DNA of 64,000 bases from Podarcis bocagei (lineage: Eukaryota), in the NCBI GenBank assembly GCA_964188305.1, contig OZ076898.1. One strand, given 5' to 3'. This document shows positions 1 through 14,400 of this stretch, piece by piece (positions within the stretch are counted from its first letter, which is position 1; every line of letters begins with the position of its first letter). The position numbers and the translations under genes are program-made. Under the pieces are notes generated by a model, which saw only the letters and a list, made by a program, of their open reading frames with translations, was not told the DNA's origin and ran no database searches.

Positions 1-1170
1 CCCACTCCCGAAAGAAAACAGGCGTGTGATTCTTGGAGGTGTAAGGACACCTCTGGGTTGAGGAGTTTAGCTCGGTAAGGCTAATGCTTTAAGTACTGTG
101 GAATGGGAGAAGCCGAAACTAAAAAGCAAGATGAAATTTTGCACGCCACGTCAACAACATTTAAAAATGTATCAGTGGTGATCTTCAGTTATAGGGAGCT
201 GGTTCAAGTGGCAGCAAATTTAAGCTTGTGGCTTGCAGAATTTGCTTTAGGACACACAAATTCTTGTCTCATGGTTCTAAAACCTTTTTATGTATGTTGG
301 GTTGGGAGCCCTGTGGGTTTTACACTGCAGAACCCATGACTTAACTGTATTTTTTGCCTGCCGCATGGATTACGTCTTTGCGTTCTGAAGAAAGTAAGGT
401 ATAAAACAGCTCATCTCTATAAACATTGTGATCCAGGTCTGATGCAGCTTTATTGGAAGCCTGAATGTGAAATAAAAACCTTTTTTTATATATATAAAAA
501 AAGAACCATCTCTTATTTATTCAGCTCCTTGCTTATCCTCCAGAGGGCAGTAAATGACAATCCCCAAGCCTTGAAAATAGTGTTCTCTTTATTGCTGTTG
601 CAAATAATTGGATTTCAGCAGTTCCCAGCATAGAAATAATTGCCACATGTAATTTGAAAGTGGACTTCTATTAACTGCAAGAATCCTTCCCTGGACATAT
701 AAAGCAATTCTATGACTTCTACAGCAGTTAACACTGCGACTGAGGAGGAGGAAGCTGGCAGACAATACTATCCCCTGTATTGGGCTGTAAGTAAGAAGGC
801 AGGCAGGTGGGGCTCAGGGAAGACTGAAGATGGTGTAGCAGTGCCCCATTTGCTCTAATGGTCCAGCCTTCGCTGCAGCCAGATCTCACTTTTTATATGC
901 ATAAGCAGCAGTAATCCCAGAATCCTTTGCTGCTTCGCCTTTCCAGTTCAAATCGGCTCGTCGCAAGTCTTACTGTTCAACCAAATCCCCACAAACTTCT
1001 ATCAGTATCAGAAGCCTCTGCAGCTTAACCTTTTCCATGTCAGACGATGATGCCATGTGGATCTGTGTGCTGTTTTAAAGGACCTTTCTGGTGACTTTAC
1101 TATTAAAAGACCGAAAGCGGCTGCACACATTATTTGATTAGACATAAGCCTTAAGATATCTTAAAGAGTA

Positions 1171-1396
1171 CAGTGGTACCTCAGATTAAGTACTTAATTC
1201 GTTCCGGGGGTCCATTCTTAACCTGAAACTGTTCTTGACCTGAAGCACCACTTTAGCTAATGGGGCCTCCTGCTGCCGCCATGCCACCGGAGCCCGATTT
1301 CTGTTCTTATCCTGAAGCAAAGTTCTTAACCTGAGGCACTATTTGTGGGTTAGCAGAGTGTGTAACCTGAAACCTATGTAACCCGAGGTACCACTG
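1171..1396. mobile_element. Tc1/pogo (Tigger-like) MITE
   Basis: TIR CAGTGGTACCTC...GAGGTACCACTG with TA on both sides. Confidence 0.8.
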
Positions 1397-1829
1397 TATA
1401 TACACACTCAAGTGTGTCATGTGTGAATGTGACAAACAGCAAACAGATTTATTACCAGCACATGCTTGTCAACTTCGTGTTGAGTGGTACACCCAGGTTC
1501 GAGACTGCATAGCACCTCAAATGGCCTGTTTTCTATTTTGATCAAATTTTTTAAAAAGTGTTTCCAAAGGGTCAACATACACTATTCCAGAGGCAACTGT
1601 ACCACTTTTAAAAGGTCTTGTAGTAAAGATAAACATCTCTTTGCCACTGCTACTGCTTCTAGGCTTCAGGTCTGTTTGTTGCCAAGTTACTGCCTTTGTT
1701 CATGGGACAAGCCATCCGGAGAAATCATTAATCCATGCCCAGCCTTGTCTTAGTTCCTTGTTCCTTGTTCGTTCTACTGGCAAGAGTAAAGTGCACTGAA
1801 CAGAAACTAGAGAAATACAACCTGCAGCT

Positions 1830-2442
1830 ATGGGCGACGGCCAGGAAAGCAGTTATGAGAGGAGAGAATACAAAGCAGGTATGTGGTGGTCTTTTCCCCC
1901 TATAGATTGCTGGTTTGATCTGGGACTGATTGGTCGCAAAAATCCTCTAGCTTTTGAAATCTGTTGTTACTCTACCACTGTCACCGCCTGATCTGGAAGC
2001 ATTGTGTGCTTCTGCAAACGGAATCCTGGAAGGGGTTGGAATGCGATTTAATTAAGAGCATATCTGAAAGCGAGAGAATGGAATCAGCTTCCATTTGCCG
2101 GGCCACTTTTTAAAAAAAAGACTTATGAGGAAAACTCATCAGCAGTTGGGGAACCTCTGGTTCACTATAATCGACTTTTCAGGAAGGGGATGGTATAAAC
2201 ATATCAGGCCCTCTTAAGGAGAGATGCTGTGGAATGTGACAGCGAACATATAGATAGAATCTGGGGCCTTCTAGTGAAGGGCATGTAATGGTTAATAATA
2301 ACAGCCCCAGAGCTACAATTAATTAATTAATTTTATAATGAATGATTTTAGAGTGTTGTTTGTGCTGTACTTTTGTACTGTTTTATTGTTCTTAGCTGCC
2401 CTGAGCCCGGCTTCGGCTGGGGAGGACAGGATATAAATAAAA

Positions 2443-2497
<55 letters not shown>

Positions 2498-5400
2498 TCC
2501 CAGAGTGGCTTAACAATCCTCCTTCACAGGGAAATGGGAACTGTAGCCATGGGAGGGGAATAAGGAGGTCTCTGAACAATTCTCAGCAACCTTATCAGTT
2601 CCCAGAATTCTTTGGGGAAGCCATGACTGTTTAAAGTGGTGCCATAATGTTTTACATGTATGGTGTCAGTGTGGCCTAGAAGGGGTCAGCAAACTTTTTC
2701 ACTAGGTCCCTCAGACCTTGTGGGGGGCCGGACTATATTTTTTTTTGGGGGGGGGGATGAATGAATTCCTATGCCCCACAAATAACCCAGAGATGCATTT
2801 TAAATAAAAGCACATATTCTTCTCATGTAAAAACACCAGGCAGGCTCCACAAGTAACTCAGAGATGCATTTTAAATAAAAGAAGACATTCTACTCATGTA
2901 AAAATATGCTGATTCCCAGGCCGTCCACGGGCCAGATGTAGAAGGCAATTGAGCCGGATCCGGCCCCCGGGCCTTAGTTTGCCTACCAATGGCGCCTAGA
3001 TAGTATGTTGGATTTTTCTATATGCATGCATTGATATCTGGTGCAGGGTGCATTGGAAATGGGCTGCTGCTTCCTGAGCCATGAATGCCTCCCGTCTTAT
3101 TCTGCTTCCTCTCTCCAGGGTCCAGCTGGGGTCGCCATGGCCCGCCATCTCTCTATCTCCAGCTGCCAAGCAACCAGACACTGCGTTTCCGTGGCAACAA
3201 GGCAGCGGCCTGGGGAGCCGCTTGGGAGGGGGCATCCAAACCTGAGGTTGACCCTCAGGAACTTGTCCCGGAATTTGTAGGAGGGGAGGAAGAGGAAGAC
3301 AGCAAGCCACTGAAAGAGCTGCCCCTCTGCCTTGAGGAGAAACGGAAGCTCAGGTAGTGCCAGGACACCTGGGTCCTTGAGAAGGGGATGAGGACTGATA
3401 CTCAGAAAACTCAAGGTGCTGCAGGCTTGGGCAACCTGTGGCCCGAGGGCACATGCAACCCTCAGCTTAATTTAATGTAGATGTTGACCTTATCTGCATA
3501 CACACCCAGTGGTGTATCGTGGGTTGTCAGCACCCGGGGCAAGGCAAGTAATTTGCGCCCCCTAACCCGTGGATTTGCGCCCCCTAACCCGAACCCCCAG
3601 ATGTTGCGCCCAGTGCGGCCAGCCCCCCCTGCACCCCCCACGCTACGCCACTGTACACACCATAACATTTAAAGCACATTCCCCTCCCCAAAGAATCATG
3701 GGAACTGTAGTCTACCCCCTCACAGAGCTACAATTCCCAGCACCCTGAATATCAAATGGGGGTGACAGAAAAAGAGGGAGGAAAAAAGGAGATGGCCCCG
3801 CCCACCTGTGGTTCTGACCAAACCTTTTTTCCCTGGCCCTTCCCCACCACCTGTATACAGCCCCTGACAGGAAAAGAAGACCCCAGGTTTTCCAAACATT
3901 CTCATGGGGCAGAGAAAAGGGAAGCAAGAACATCTGGGAAAGAAAATAAGTGTTTGATGAATTTCTTCTAAAAGACAGGTGTGCCCAGTTGGGGAGGGAC
4001 GCAGGTTGCAAGGGGAGGGTACTACACAGCAACCAATGCTTAATCTATAGGTCACAGCCACATCCATGTGAAGCACACGGCTTTCTCCAAATAACTGCGA
4101 ACTGCACTTTGTTCACTGGGAAATGTTGGGAAGTGCTCTGTGGAGGAAACTACAGATCCCAGGGTCCTTTAGGAGAAGCCATTTGCTGTGTGGATGTGGC
4201 CTCCGTGACACATTTGTGTGGAAAATTAATTCACATGTAGAGAAGCTGAGGGACAGCGTTTTATAGCGTTTTGAGATATGGTGCTGTATTAGTTCATGTC
4301 GACGCTCTGAGGTTCCCAATAAGCCACCTGGGCTCTTTTCCTCCTCCCTGACCCTCCACCCCTTTTCAAGAGTTCTTCAGGAGCAAGCAGCCAGCAGGCT
4401 GAGCGGTTGGGAGCTCTGGCATGTGTGGAAGCGGAGGACACTCCGGCGTGTGAGGAGCCAAGCGAGCTCAGCAGTCGCCTATGGAGAGATGTGGAGGAGC
4501 ACGCTTCGCCACATTGGAGGTATGGGGAAGGGGCTCTTCAATGTTTAGTGGTGAGGGGGACAGAGTAGGACATGTTTTGTGTTTCATGGGCTCCGACTTG
4601 TCATCTTCTCTCCGCACAGGCCAGTTTGGAACAGGGATCCAGTCCTACTTTAACTTTCTCCGTTTTTTGGTCTTGATGAATTTTGTTGCCTCCCTGCTGG
4701 TGGCGGGGTTTGTGATTGCTCCGAATGCGGCCTTTGAAGCCTTGTCGCTCAATCGGACAAGTCACCAGAACAGCAGTTTAGGTAAGCCATTGAGTAAGGA
4801 GGGATCCTGATTAAGGTAAGGAGTTATTTAACTCTTTAGCAGGAGCTGGGCTTCCAAGGTTTATTGAGGCATGACATTTCTCTTCGAACAGGACTCCTGT
4901 GCCTTGGACAGGCAGAAGTTAAACAGGTGTAGCTTCTCCATCACAGCATTTCTGTGGTGTGTGACCTGGTGTATTTCTAAGCCCGTCATGCTTTTCAAAA
5001 AATATTTTTTTAAAAAATTACACCCCACTGGGAAGGGGAATGGAGCTAAGAGGGCTGAATCACGGACTCCAGGAACCAGTTCTGTAGAAGGGAAGGAAAC
5101 TATTTTTATTAGAAAAGGGGTACCACAAGCTCAGATACTTTGGTCCTGGTCTTGTTATTTTCTTTTTGAGCCCCTAGGCAGGAATGTGTTATGCTGCACT
5201 CAAATAAAACAACTCACCCCTCAAACTCTGTAACAAAGAGACCTTATTTTTGCATTCAAAAATATATTATGCAAACACTAATTATGTTTCCACATAGTTA
5301 CCTTGTTCTCCATGATTTATTGAGTTTTTCTGATTCAGATCTGAAATAATGGAAGCAGACATCTGTTGTGTGTGCATGTGTTATGGTGATGACATAGAGG

Positions 5401-8400
5401 AAAAGGAGTAGTAGGAAAGTATGGAAACATCTCTGTGACACTAAGGGCTAGGCACTTATTTCTAAAAGTTTGAAGCTGAGCTTCTCCAGATCCTCCGTCC
5501 CCAGGAATATATGCGAGATATTGCACCTATCTACCAAATCCACGGAATGTACAGCCCTATTCTTAAAGCAGATCAAAGTATCTCCCTTTCCACCCTATCG
5601 GATCCCAGGACTCTTGGGTTCACCAAGAGATTAACAGGGTCTAACAGGCTAGAGTGTAATAGGCTTCAGGACTCCTTGATTCTGTGGGAATGGGAATGGA
5701 ACAGGGACAATGATCTCTTCTTTCTTCCCTTTCAGTGAATGAAGCTTGTCTGGCTTACAACCCCACACCCAGAGGCTTGGTCACCTTTTTTTCCTACGTA
5801 ATGGACCTTCTGTCAGGCAAGGTGAGACGCTGTATCCCCAAGAAGAAACTGGAAGGCTGCAGCAGTGACCCATTTTCAGACTTGGTGTTCATTTCTCTCC
5901 CTGACAGAGTTTCATGGAGCTCACCTACCTCTTCTACGGCTACTACCAAAATTCAGCTGTCGATTTTGTCGGCTTCTCATACAACTGCCCTCTGGCGTAT
6001 GTACTGACAGCACTCTTCTACCTCCACTTCTCCCTGATGTGGATTGTACGGAGGTGAGGGCAACTTCAAGCCATCTTCCACACACGCCAGACAGAGAGCT
6101 CCAGCTCCAGGAATCACCTTCTTCTTTCTCTCCTACCCACCTTCCATAGATCAGTCTATTGCCTCAAACGTAGCCTGGTTAGTGAAGATGCTTCCCTCGG
6201 ATCCTACAGCAACAAAGTCTTTGCCGGTTGGGATTTTGGCCTGGTGGAGCGCAAGGCGGCGCAGTTAAAGCACAACAGTATTCGCTACGAACTGCGGGTA
6301 AGACAAAGCAGGCAAGCCAGAAAAAGAGCTTGAGGCTTGCTAGTTGGCACTTAGGATTTGATTTCAGGGGTCTAGTACAAGGTCTACTCATGGCCTCAGG
6401 CAAAGATGTAGACAAGGATGGGGAACTGGATCTGGCCGTCAGGATAGATCAGGCATAGGCAAACTCATCCCTCCAGATGTTTTGGGACTACAACTCCCAT
6501 CGTCCCTAGCTAACAGGACCAGTGGTCAGGGATGATGGGAGTTGTAGTCCCAAAACATCTGGAGGGCCGAGTTTGCCTATGCCTGGGATAGATCATTATC
6601 TCCTCCACCCACTGTGGACCAGCTTTGACAGGTGAGCAGCAGCACCCATCTGTCAGTCACCTGACATCACCATGATGTCACACATGATGTCAGACATAGG
6701 GCAAGGAGGTGTGGCCTGGCTGAAACGGCCTGGTGGGCCAAATGGGGAACCTGGTAGGCTTAATTAGGTTTTCTCCTCCTTTGGCTTAGATCCTCCCTCA
6801 CCTGCTTTGCTCCAGCCCTAACGGGAGGAAACCCAAAGCTCATCTCCCAGAATTCCCACATCACACGTAGCTTGATCCTATCTCTTCCTAATTCCAGTGA
6901 CAAACTGTTCTCTGCCTGCTACCCTCAGCTAGAGATTTGTCACCTTTCCTGAAGTCTACTTCAGGGAACCTGTGCCACCACCTCTGTTTTGTTGGATTCC
7001 AACTCCTGTCAGCCCTAGCCAGCATGAACAGTGGCCAAGGCTGACGGGAACTGGGGTCCAATGACATCTGGAGGGCCAAAGGCTCCTCATTCCTGGTCTA
7101 ATGGGTGCCTCCCCAGACAACTGGAGAGAGATTCCTCCCAGAGTCACTCGAGCTGATGAAACATCAACTGTTCCCTCTGGGGTTATTTGCCTAACAAAGC
7201 TGGTAAGTAGCCACCAACTTTGTTAGGCAAAATAACTCCAGTACTACAGTAATTTGGTCGCTAAAAATGGCAGCTAGGGTTGCCATCTCCCACCCCACAT
7301 CCCCTCAAGCTCCAGTGCTTTTCAACAGCTCTGTCAAGAGGGTGAAATTCAACAGGTGTCGTTTTCTACCCAGTTCTACTTTGCATGCTGCATACTATGC
7401 TTGTTGAAATTTCTGCCTAGTTTGCTGTTGGTTAAAAGCTACCAGAGCTTCACCAAAAAGGTGGCAATGTTAAGTACATTTGCCTTCTTAACTCCCCATC
7501 GAAGCACTGCTTTTTAGCAGTTGAATGGCAGGCAGAAATTCAACAGAGGCATCTTCTTCATCTGCATCTGGCTTTATTGGATTTCAGCCTGCTTTCCCCC
7601 CCGCCCTGTGCTGCAGGGTGGGACAGCTGAAAGCTGCTAATTGCATTTCAGCTTTTGACAAGACTTGCTAGCAACACATAGAACAAGCACTTTGATGGCT
7701 TTTTTTTTTTTTGTCCCTGGAGTTAACTAATATCCAGAACAAATGAAGATTTGGATAGGAACAATCTCACAGGAGATGCACACTGCTTATCCCTGCCCCA
7801 CCCAACACCCTAGGGTGCTCAAGGGTCTCTTTCTCACCTCTTCCTCCCCATTTCCAGATGGATCTAGAAGAGGAGGCAGTTCGCAGGCGCCAGGCAGAGA
7901 TGACCACGGCACAGCGCACAAGGCTCTATGTCCTCCGTGGGGTGCTCAATATTCTGGTTGTGGGTCTGCTAGGAGGATCTTTCTACTGCATCTACCTGGC
8001 AGCGACATATTCCCAGTCACTTCTGGGAGGGGTAAGGAAACGGCTCTCACTTCACACGCAGGAGGCAGTGACGGTCACTAACTTGGGTGCCTCAAAAAGA
8101 TGATTAAGCAAATTAATGGAGGAGAGGCTATTGATGGCTATTAGCCATTATGGCCATGCTTTGTCGCCATGTCAGAAGCAGAAATGCTTCTGGATACTTG
8201 TTACTTTAAACCATAGGCAGGAAGACACTCTTGTGCTCAAATCCTGCTTGCTACTTTCCCATGGGCTACTTGAGAACAAGATGCTGGACTAGGTGGGCTA
8301 TTGAACTGGTCCAGCAGGCTCTTTTTATGTTCTTAAGCTGAGGCATGTGGGTGATATTCCTGGGTTGACTCAGCACCATAGCTGTCAATTTACAGATTTG

Positions 8401-11400
8401 AAAATAAGGGACCAGCAGCCTCAAAAAATAAGGGCTCAGCAACCAAAATAAGGGATTTTCCAGGCACAGGTATGTTCAATTTCTGAGCCCCTCCGAGCCA
8501 AAGGCAGAAAGCCCAGCCAGCAGCCAAACGAAGCCTCAAGCGGTGGTTTCCACAGCGCAGCAACCCGGCAAAGGGGATGCAGCAAGGAAAACCACCGTCA
8601 CCTCTCTGCTGGGAAGCGCTGAGCAAAGGTGAGTCCCCAGGCAACACGGCCGGGCACAAGGCATGCAAGCTCCACCCCCCAGTCGTTCTTAGACTCCTTA
8701 TTGGGTGAGCAACGCAGCCAAGCAACACAGTTGGAGCCTCCCTCCTCCCTGGCCGGAGGGAGGGAGGGAGAGGAGCTGCTTCCTTTGAAACCCTGTAAAT
8801 TTAAGGGACAGCAGCAGGACATGGTGCTGGGATAAGGGAGTTTCCCGCCAAATAAGGGACGGTTTACAGCTATTCTCAACACTAGCCTTCCCATTGTCTA
8901 GATGAACAGTCCAAGTACTGGGGGGGGGGGGATGGACTGAGATTCTGCTTTGCAATGGCTCTGTGTCTTTAACAACTGCACAGCAGACAGAAATTCAGCC
9001 AGCATAGCTTTGCCCATCGGTGCCTCACCACCTGCCTACTGAAGTTCTGCATGTATGAAGCCCGGTTTCTCACTCTCGGAGAAGGCAGATACAAACCTTG
9101 CTCCATTTCTCACTGCAGCCTTCTTGCCCCCAGATTAACCTCTCTCTTTCTCTCTCATTCTGCAGACAGACTCCCAAGTCAAAGGCCAGTTTGTCCTGGA
9201 GCTTCTGGTGGCTTATCTCCCGTCTGTTGTCATCACAGCTGCCAACCTCATTGTCCCAATGATCTTTGAGATCATTGTTCAGCTAGAGAAATACCCGCTC
9301 AGCTTCCAAATCAAAATCACGCTTCTCAGGTACAGGAAGTGCTGAGTCCTTGGGAGTGCCTGGGACACACCAGCCTCCTCTTGCAGAGGCACCTGTAGCT
9401 TCCACCTCTGAGTGATGGACAGGACTGGATTGAGCATCATGCTACGCAGGCTATAGGGTGGGAGCCAAGGCCATCAGTTCCCCTTAGTGAACAGTAGGGA
9501 GCCTGTCTGGATCACCGTAGCCCCTGAATTATTTTCAGCTCTGTTCTGAATCATAGCCAGGGCCAGATTAACAATCATGCTAAGTAAGTCGCAGAATGGG
9601 TGCCATTTACAATGTTTCTGTGAGATCTCCATTGTCAGCCATTGCTTCCTGCAGTTCCTGAATTCTCTTTGCAGGAACTGTACCATCATAGCCCAGGGAT
9701 CATGCCTGGCTAGTGAAGTCAGGCACTAGTTGAGGGCTGGGTTGGCTTCAGGGGCCTGAGACTAGGCCCTGAGTGGGGCAGACGGTCAGTTCATGCTCTC
9801 ATTTTGCATCAGGCTCATTCAGGCTGCAGGCAGCAAGGGCCAACAGAGCTGGAACATAACAAAATTGCATCATACTGTGAGTCTGACCATGGGTCCATCT
9901 AGCTCAGTGCTGTCTACACAGACTGGCAGCAGCTCTCCAGGGTTTCTGATGGAACTCTTGTAGCTTTACCTAGATTTGCCAGGGATTTGAACTTTAGAAG
10001 ACCAGGAACAGGCCACCTCTCCCCCACCCACCCACCATTTTCCATGGTCAGTTGGCAAACCTACATATCAATCTTTCTGTCTGATAGGAGCGTCTTCCTC
10101 CGTCTTGCAAGCCTGGTGGTTCTTCTCATTTCTCTCTGGAGCCAGATCACCTGTGGTGGAGATCCACAGAACCCTGAGTGTCAGAAATGTGGCTATAACA
10201 ATCATCTCCATCCGGTGAGGTTAGAGGGAGACAAGAGGTTTGGAGCCAAGACTCCTGAGTTCTCTGGGTGGAGAATGAGTGGGCTAGAAATCGGGATGCC
10301 TTAGTTCCCTAAGAGGAGCTAGAATTCAGCTGGCAACTGCAAGAGGTGGTCCTTCCCTTGCGGGGGCAGAATTTTGTCCAGCAGGGTAGGGATCAGGAAC
10401 CATGATATGAAAGTTTAGGTAGCTTAGAGAAAGGGCTGTTCTCAACTACGATTCCTCAATTACTGTATATGGGAGAGAAATTGTGGGGCTCTTTGAATGG
10501 AGCAGAGGGGAAATAGATAGTTATAAAATAAGATAAAAATATTGAGTGTTTTCCCTCCTGTCCTTCCAGTGCTGGGAGACCTCTGTGGGGCAGGAAATGT
10601 ACCGGCTGATGATCTTTGACTTGCTTGTCATGCTGCTTGTCATGCTGTTTGTGGAGTTTCCAAGAAAGTAAGTGTTTGATACCCCCCATGTTAGGTTTAC
10701 TTGCTTTCTTATATCCCACCCTTTGACTAGAGTCCTCAAAACGACTCCCATTGTTTATAAAATACAATTGACACACCATGGACCATATGCTAAAAAACCC
10801 CCACTACAACCAGCCCCAATGGAACAAGTGCCTCCCCATCTGATGTGCTTTCCCACACAGTATTGGTATAATAACATGGCCAGCATTAAATCATTTGGTT
10901 TGGAGATTTGTTTAATTTGGTGGTGGGGCTTATAGTGGGGGACAGCTTTTGTGTCCTTCCTTCCTTCCTTCCTTCCTTCCTTCCTTCCTTCCTATGTGTT
11001 TAGTTTGGCCTGCCAGCTGAGAACGGATTGTTTCCACACCAAGAATTCCCATACTGTCTGTTATTTCCTCACTTGAATCCAGTGGATTCACTCTGTGGAA
11101 TCAAGTCAACATTGTTGCCCTCTGACTGTATTCCATTGCTTTTGTGTTGTTCTCCTATCTTTCTTCAAACCTGCTTTCTCTGCCTTTCTTTCATTTAAAA
11201 TGCAGTTACAGTACCAACCTGTTCTATGTTCTAACAAAATGCTATTGAAGCTCTTAAGGGTTCCTGTGGCTTTAAGGAGCAACTTCCTCCTTACCCCCAC
11301 TTTCCTATTGAGCATGGTAATACTGTAACATTGCACGATGACAGCTTTTTAATTGCTTCCTAATTATAAGGGGAGAAGTGGGGGAGCTTCCATTACTGAT

Positions 11401-14400
11401 TTCCCCTCATTATTATTTTCTTTTCATGTTTAAATTATGAGATAGAGCTCTGTTGAAATAAAACTAGCAATAATAAAGTCTGCTACATCCCAATACAGGA
11501 GTCAGAATGCACCATCAGACTTGATGTCATCCCTGTGTTTGTGTCATGTAATAAATTACTTTGGCTGCAGTCCTATACCCTTACTGGGAGTAAGCCCTGC
11601 AGAACCCAGAGGGACTTGCCTTTTGAACACATGCGTTTAGGATGGCGTGATTTTCCACACAGAGTAATTAAAATACAAACAATAATGTTGGTTTGTTTTT
11701 GTTTCTTCTTCCCACTCCCCACATCTGTTATGCTGATGTTTAGGCCCTTCTATCCCACACTAACCTCATTCACTCAGGCTCCGAAAATCTGAAGCAAGAA
11801 AGGCTCAAAAGCAATTTTAGTATTTTGTATGAAAATGGCGTTTTCCTAGCACGCACCCCTGCCTCAGTTCCTGTACCCGCCAGTGCTGTTTAAAACTTGT
11901 ATACATTTCAGAATAATTAGCATACTATATAATAAAACCATTCCCCACCACCACCCTTGGGAAGATGCAAGCCTAGCTGAGTGTATAGCAACCAAGGGTG
12001 CCAACTTGAATAAAATATTTGGGAGGCTCACCTTGTGATCACAATACTTTGTGTGCATACATCATTTGAATGGCAGTGCCCATTAACTTTGCGGGAGCTC
12101 AGCCCCCTCAAATGTTTTTTTTTAGGGCGCTCAGAGGGAACTTGGCCCCTAGGAGTTGGCTCCTATGATAGCAACAGAGTCCTGGGCACCAGTGGTGTAG
12201 CAGGTAGGATGTTCTACCTGCTAGGTAGACTTAGGAAGACCTAGATTCCTATCCTACTGTGGCCATGAATCTCAGTGGCCTTGGGCCAATCACACAGGTT
12301 GTTATCTTCAACTTAAGTTCTACTCAAGAGTAGGCCCACTGAAATGAATTAAGTTATTCATGCTCATTAGTTTCAATGGGTCTCCTCTGAGTAGGACTAA
12401 CACTGGATACAGCCCTTTCCCAGTTTTTTCAACCTTAGGTTCCTAAATATTGCTAGACTTCAACTGCTGTCATCCCTGACCATGGGCTATACTTACTGTG
12501 GATGATGGGTGTTGTTGTCCAACAACATCTGAGAGACCCAAGGTTGAAGAACACTTGGACTGAGCCAGACCTACTTCACAGGGTTGCAGCAAGAATAAAA
12601 GGAGGTGTGGGGTGGACCATTATTTGCCACTTTGAGCTTCCCGGAAGAAATCTGTAGTATAAATGGAATGAATGACTGGAGGAACAGAAGAGCACGTATT
12701 TGTGGCGGGGCTGCAGGTGTCAGATGCCGCCTGTGGGATCCATGCCTGCCTTCAGCTTCTTTTCTTTGCCTTCTAGGTTGCTGGTGACTGCCTTCCCTAC
12801 CTGCCGCTTGCTGAAATTCTGGGGGCAGCAGGAGTTTGTGGTGCCTGGCAATGTCCTGGACCTGGTGTATGGGCAGACCCTGTGCTGGACGGGGGTTCTT
12901 TTCTGCCCCCTGCTGCCTGTACTCAATACCATCAAGTATATTGTAGTCTTCTACTTGAAAAAGGTGACCCTCATTTAAAAGTTATGAATGTTCTCTGGCT
13001 ATGAACTGGGCAGCCTTAGTTGCAAAGGATTCTGGGACATGTTCTAAGTGGCACACTTAGTTCAGTGCGCCATCTGGTCAGGCCTTCAAGGATCACAGCG
13101 GGAGGGTCTCCTGAGCTCTTTTGCATTTTCTTCCATCTTCCTTCCAGCTAACCCTCTATGCCAATTGTCGTCCGGCCGAACGGACGTTTCGTGCCTCCAG
13201 CTCCAACTTCTTCTTCCTGTTGGTTTTGCTTTTGGGTCTGGCTATTTCCTGTGTCCCTGCCCTCTACAGCATGTTTGTGTAAGTATAAATGCACCCCCTC
13301 TGAACCCAACCGCCTCCCAATAGCTGTAATAGAGCCATTTGCAGCCACAATTGTTGTTTGCTGCTGGCACATCTTGTGTCTTAAATCTGACTGTGGGGAC
13401 TTAATGTGCTCCTTTGTGCAAAACTGCTTGCCCCCGCCTCTGAAAAAGGGAAACCCAGAAGGGCTGGCCAAAGTATAGTGAAAAACCAACACTATGTGGC
13501 TTACAAGATATGCACATGGGCAGTCAATGACCAAGGTCCTTGCAATGAAGGACATGACGACAGAATTAGAGAATTAAGAGCCTAAATGACTGGCTGCTCC
13601 ATAAAGAATGGAGGGCTAAGTAGAGAGTTTGGAAACCATTAACGCAGTTGGCTTGGTAGGGTCTGCAGCTCAGTGTTGGAGAATGTGCTCATCATGCCTG
13701 GAACCACCAATTTAAAAATTATTTTGCGATGGGAAGAACTCTGTTCATCTAAAGCAGGGGTGAATAACCTGTTGCCCTCCAGATATTCCTGAACTACAAC
13801 TCCCAGCAGCCCCAGCAAAGTTAGCCAAAGGCCAGCAATGATGTTGTCCTCCACTATCTGGAGGGCCAAATGTTCTCCACACCTGATCTTGGACAGCTTG
13901 GTGTCAGTCTGAGTAGGCAGTTCTGAGCTAGAAGGACAAATGGCCCGGCTCTGTAAAAGACAATTTTATACTGCTCCCTCATCTGAGTGAGAGAAGTAAC
14001 TGAGCAAGGATCCCTTTGCTGTTAGATCTGAAGTTTCCCATTCCCACCCCCACCCCCAAAGATCTTGTTATGGGTTTGGAGGGTCAGTATGGATGATACC
14101 CATGGGGTCCTTTCAAATCTTATGTCTGTGGTCTTAGAATCTATGAGAGGGAACCTGCTGAATCAGTCAGATTAGTCTCTTTGTTAAAGGCCTTGGTTGG
14201 ACAGTTAAGTAGTGCAATTTGCACAGGATAATAGAATCATAGAGTTGGAAGGGACCCTGGGGGGTCATCTAGTCCAACCCCTGCAATGCAGGAATCTCAA
14301 GTAGATCATACATGACAGATGGCCATCCAGCCTACCCAAAGAGGAGACAAATGAGTGAGCCTTTTCCAACCTCACCTTGCTGGAGGTCGTCGTTATCCTT

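Noticed and set aside
471-476. AATAAA as the MBOAT7 3' end
   Set aside because: Plausible by synteny, but no MBOAT7 coding sequence is visible in the window.
3555-3600. Telomere-like CCCTAACCC repeats
   Set aside because: Only two units, lying within a hAT MITE as subterminal repeats.
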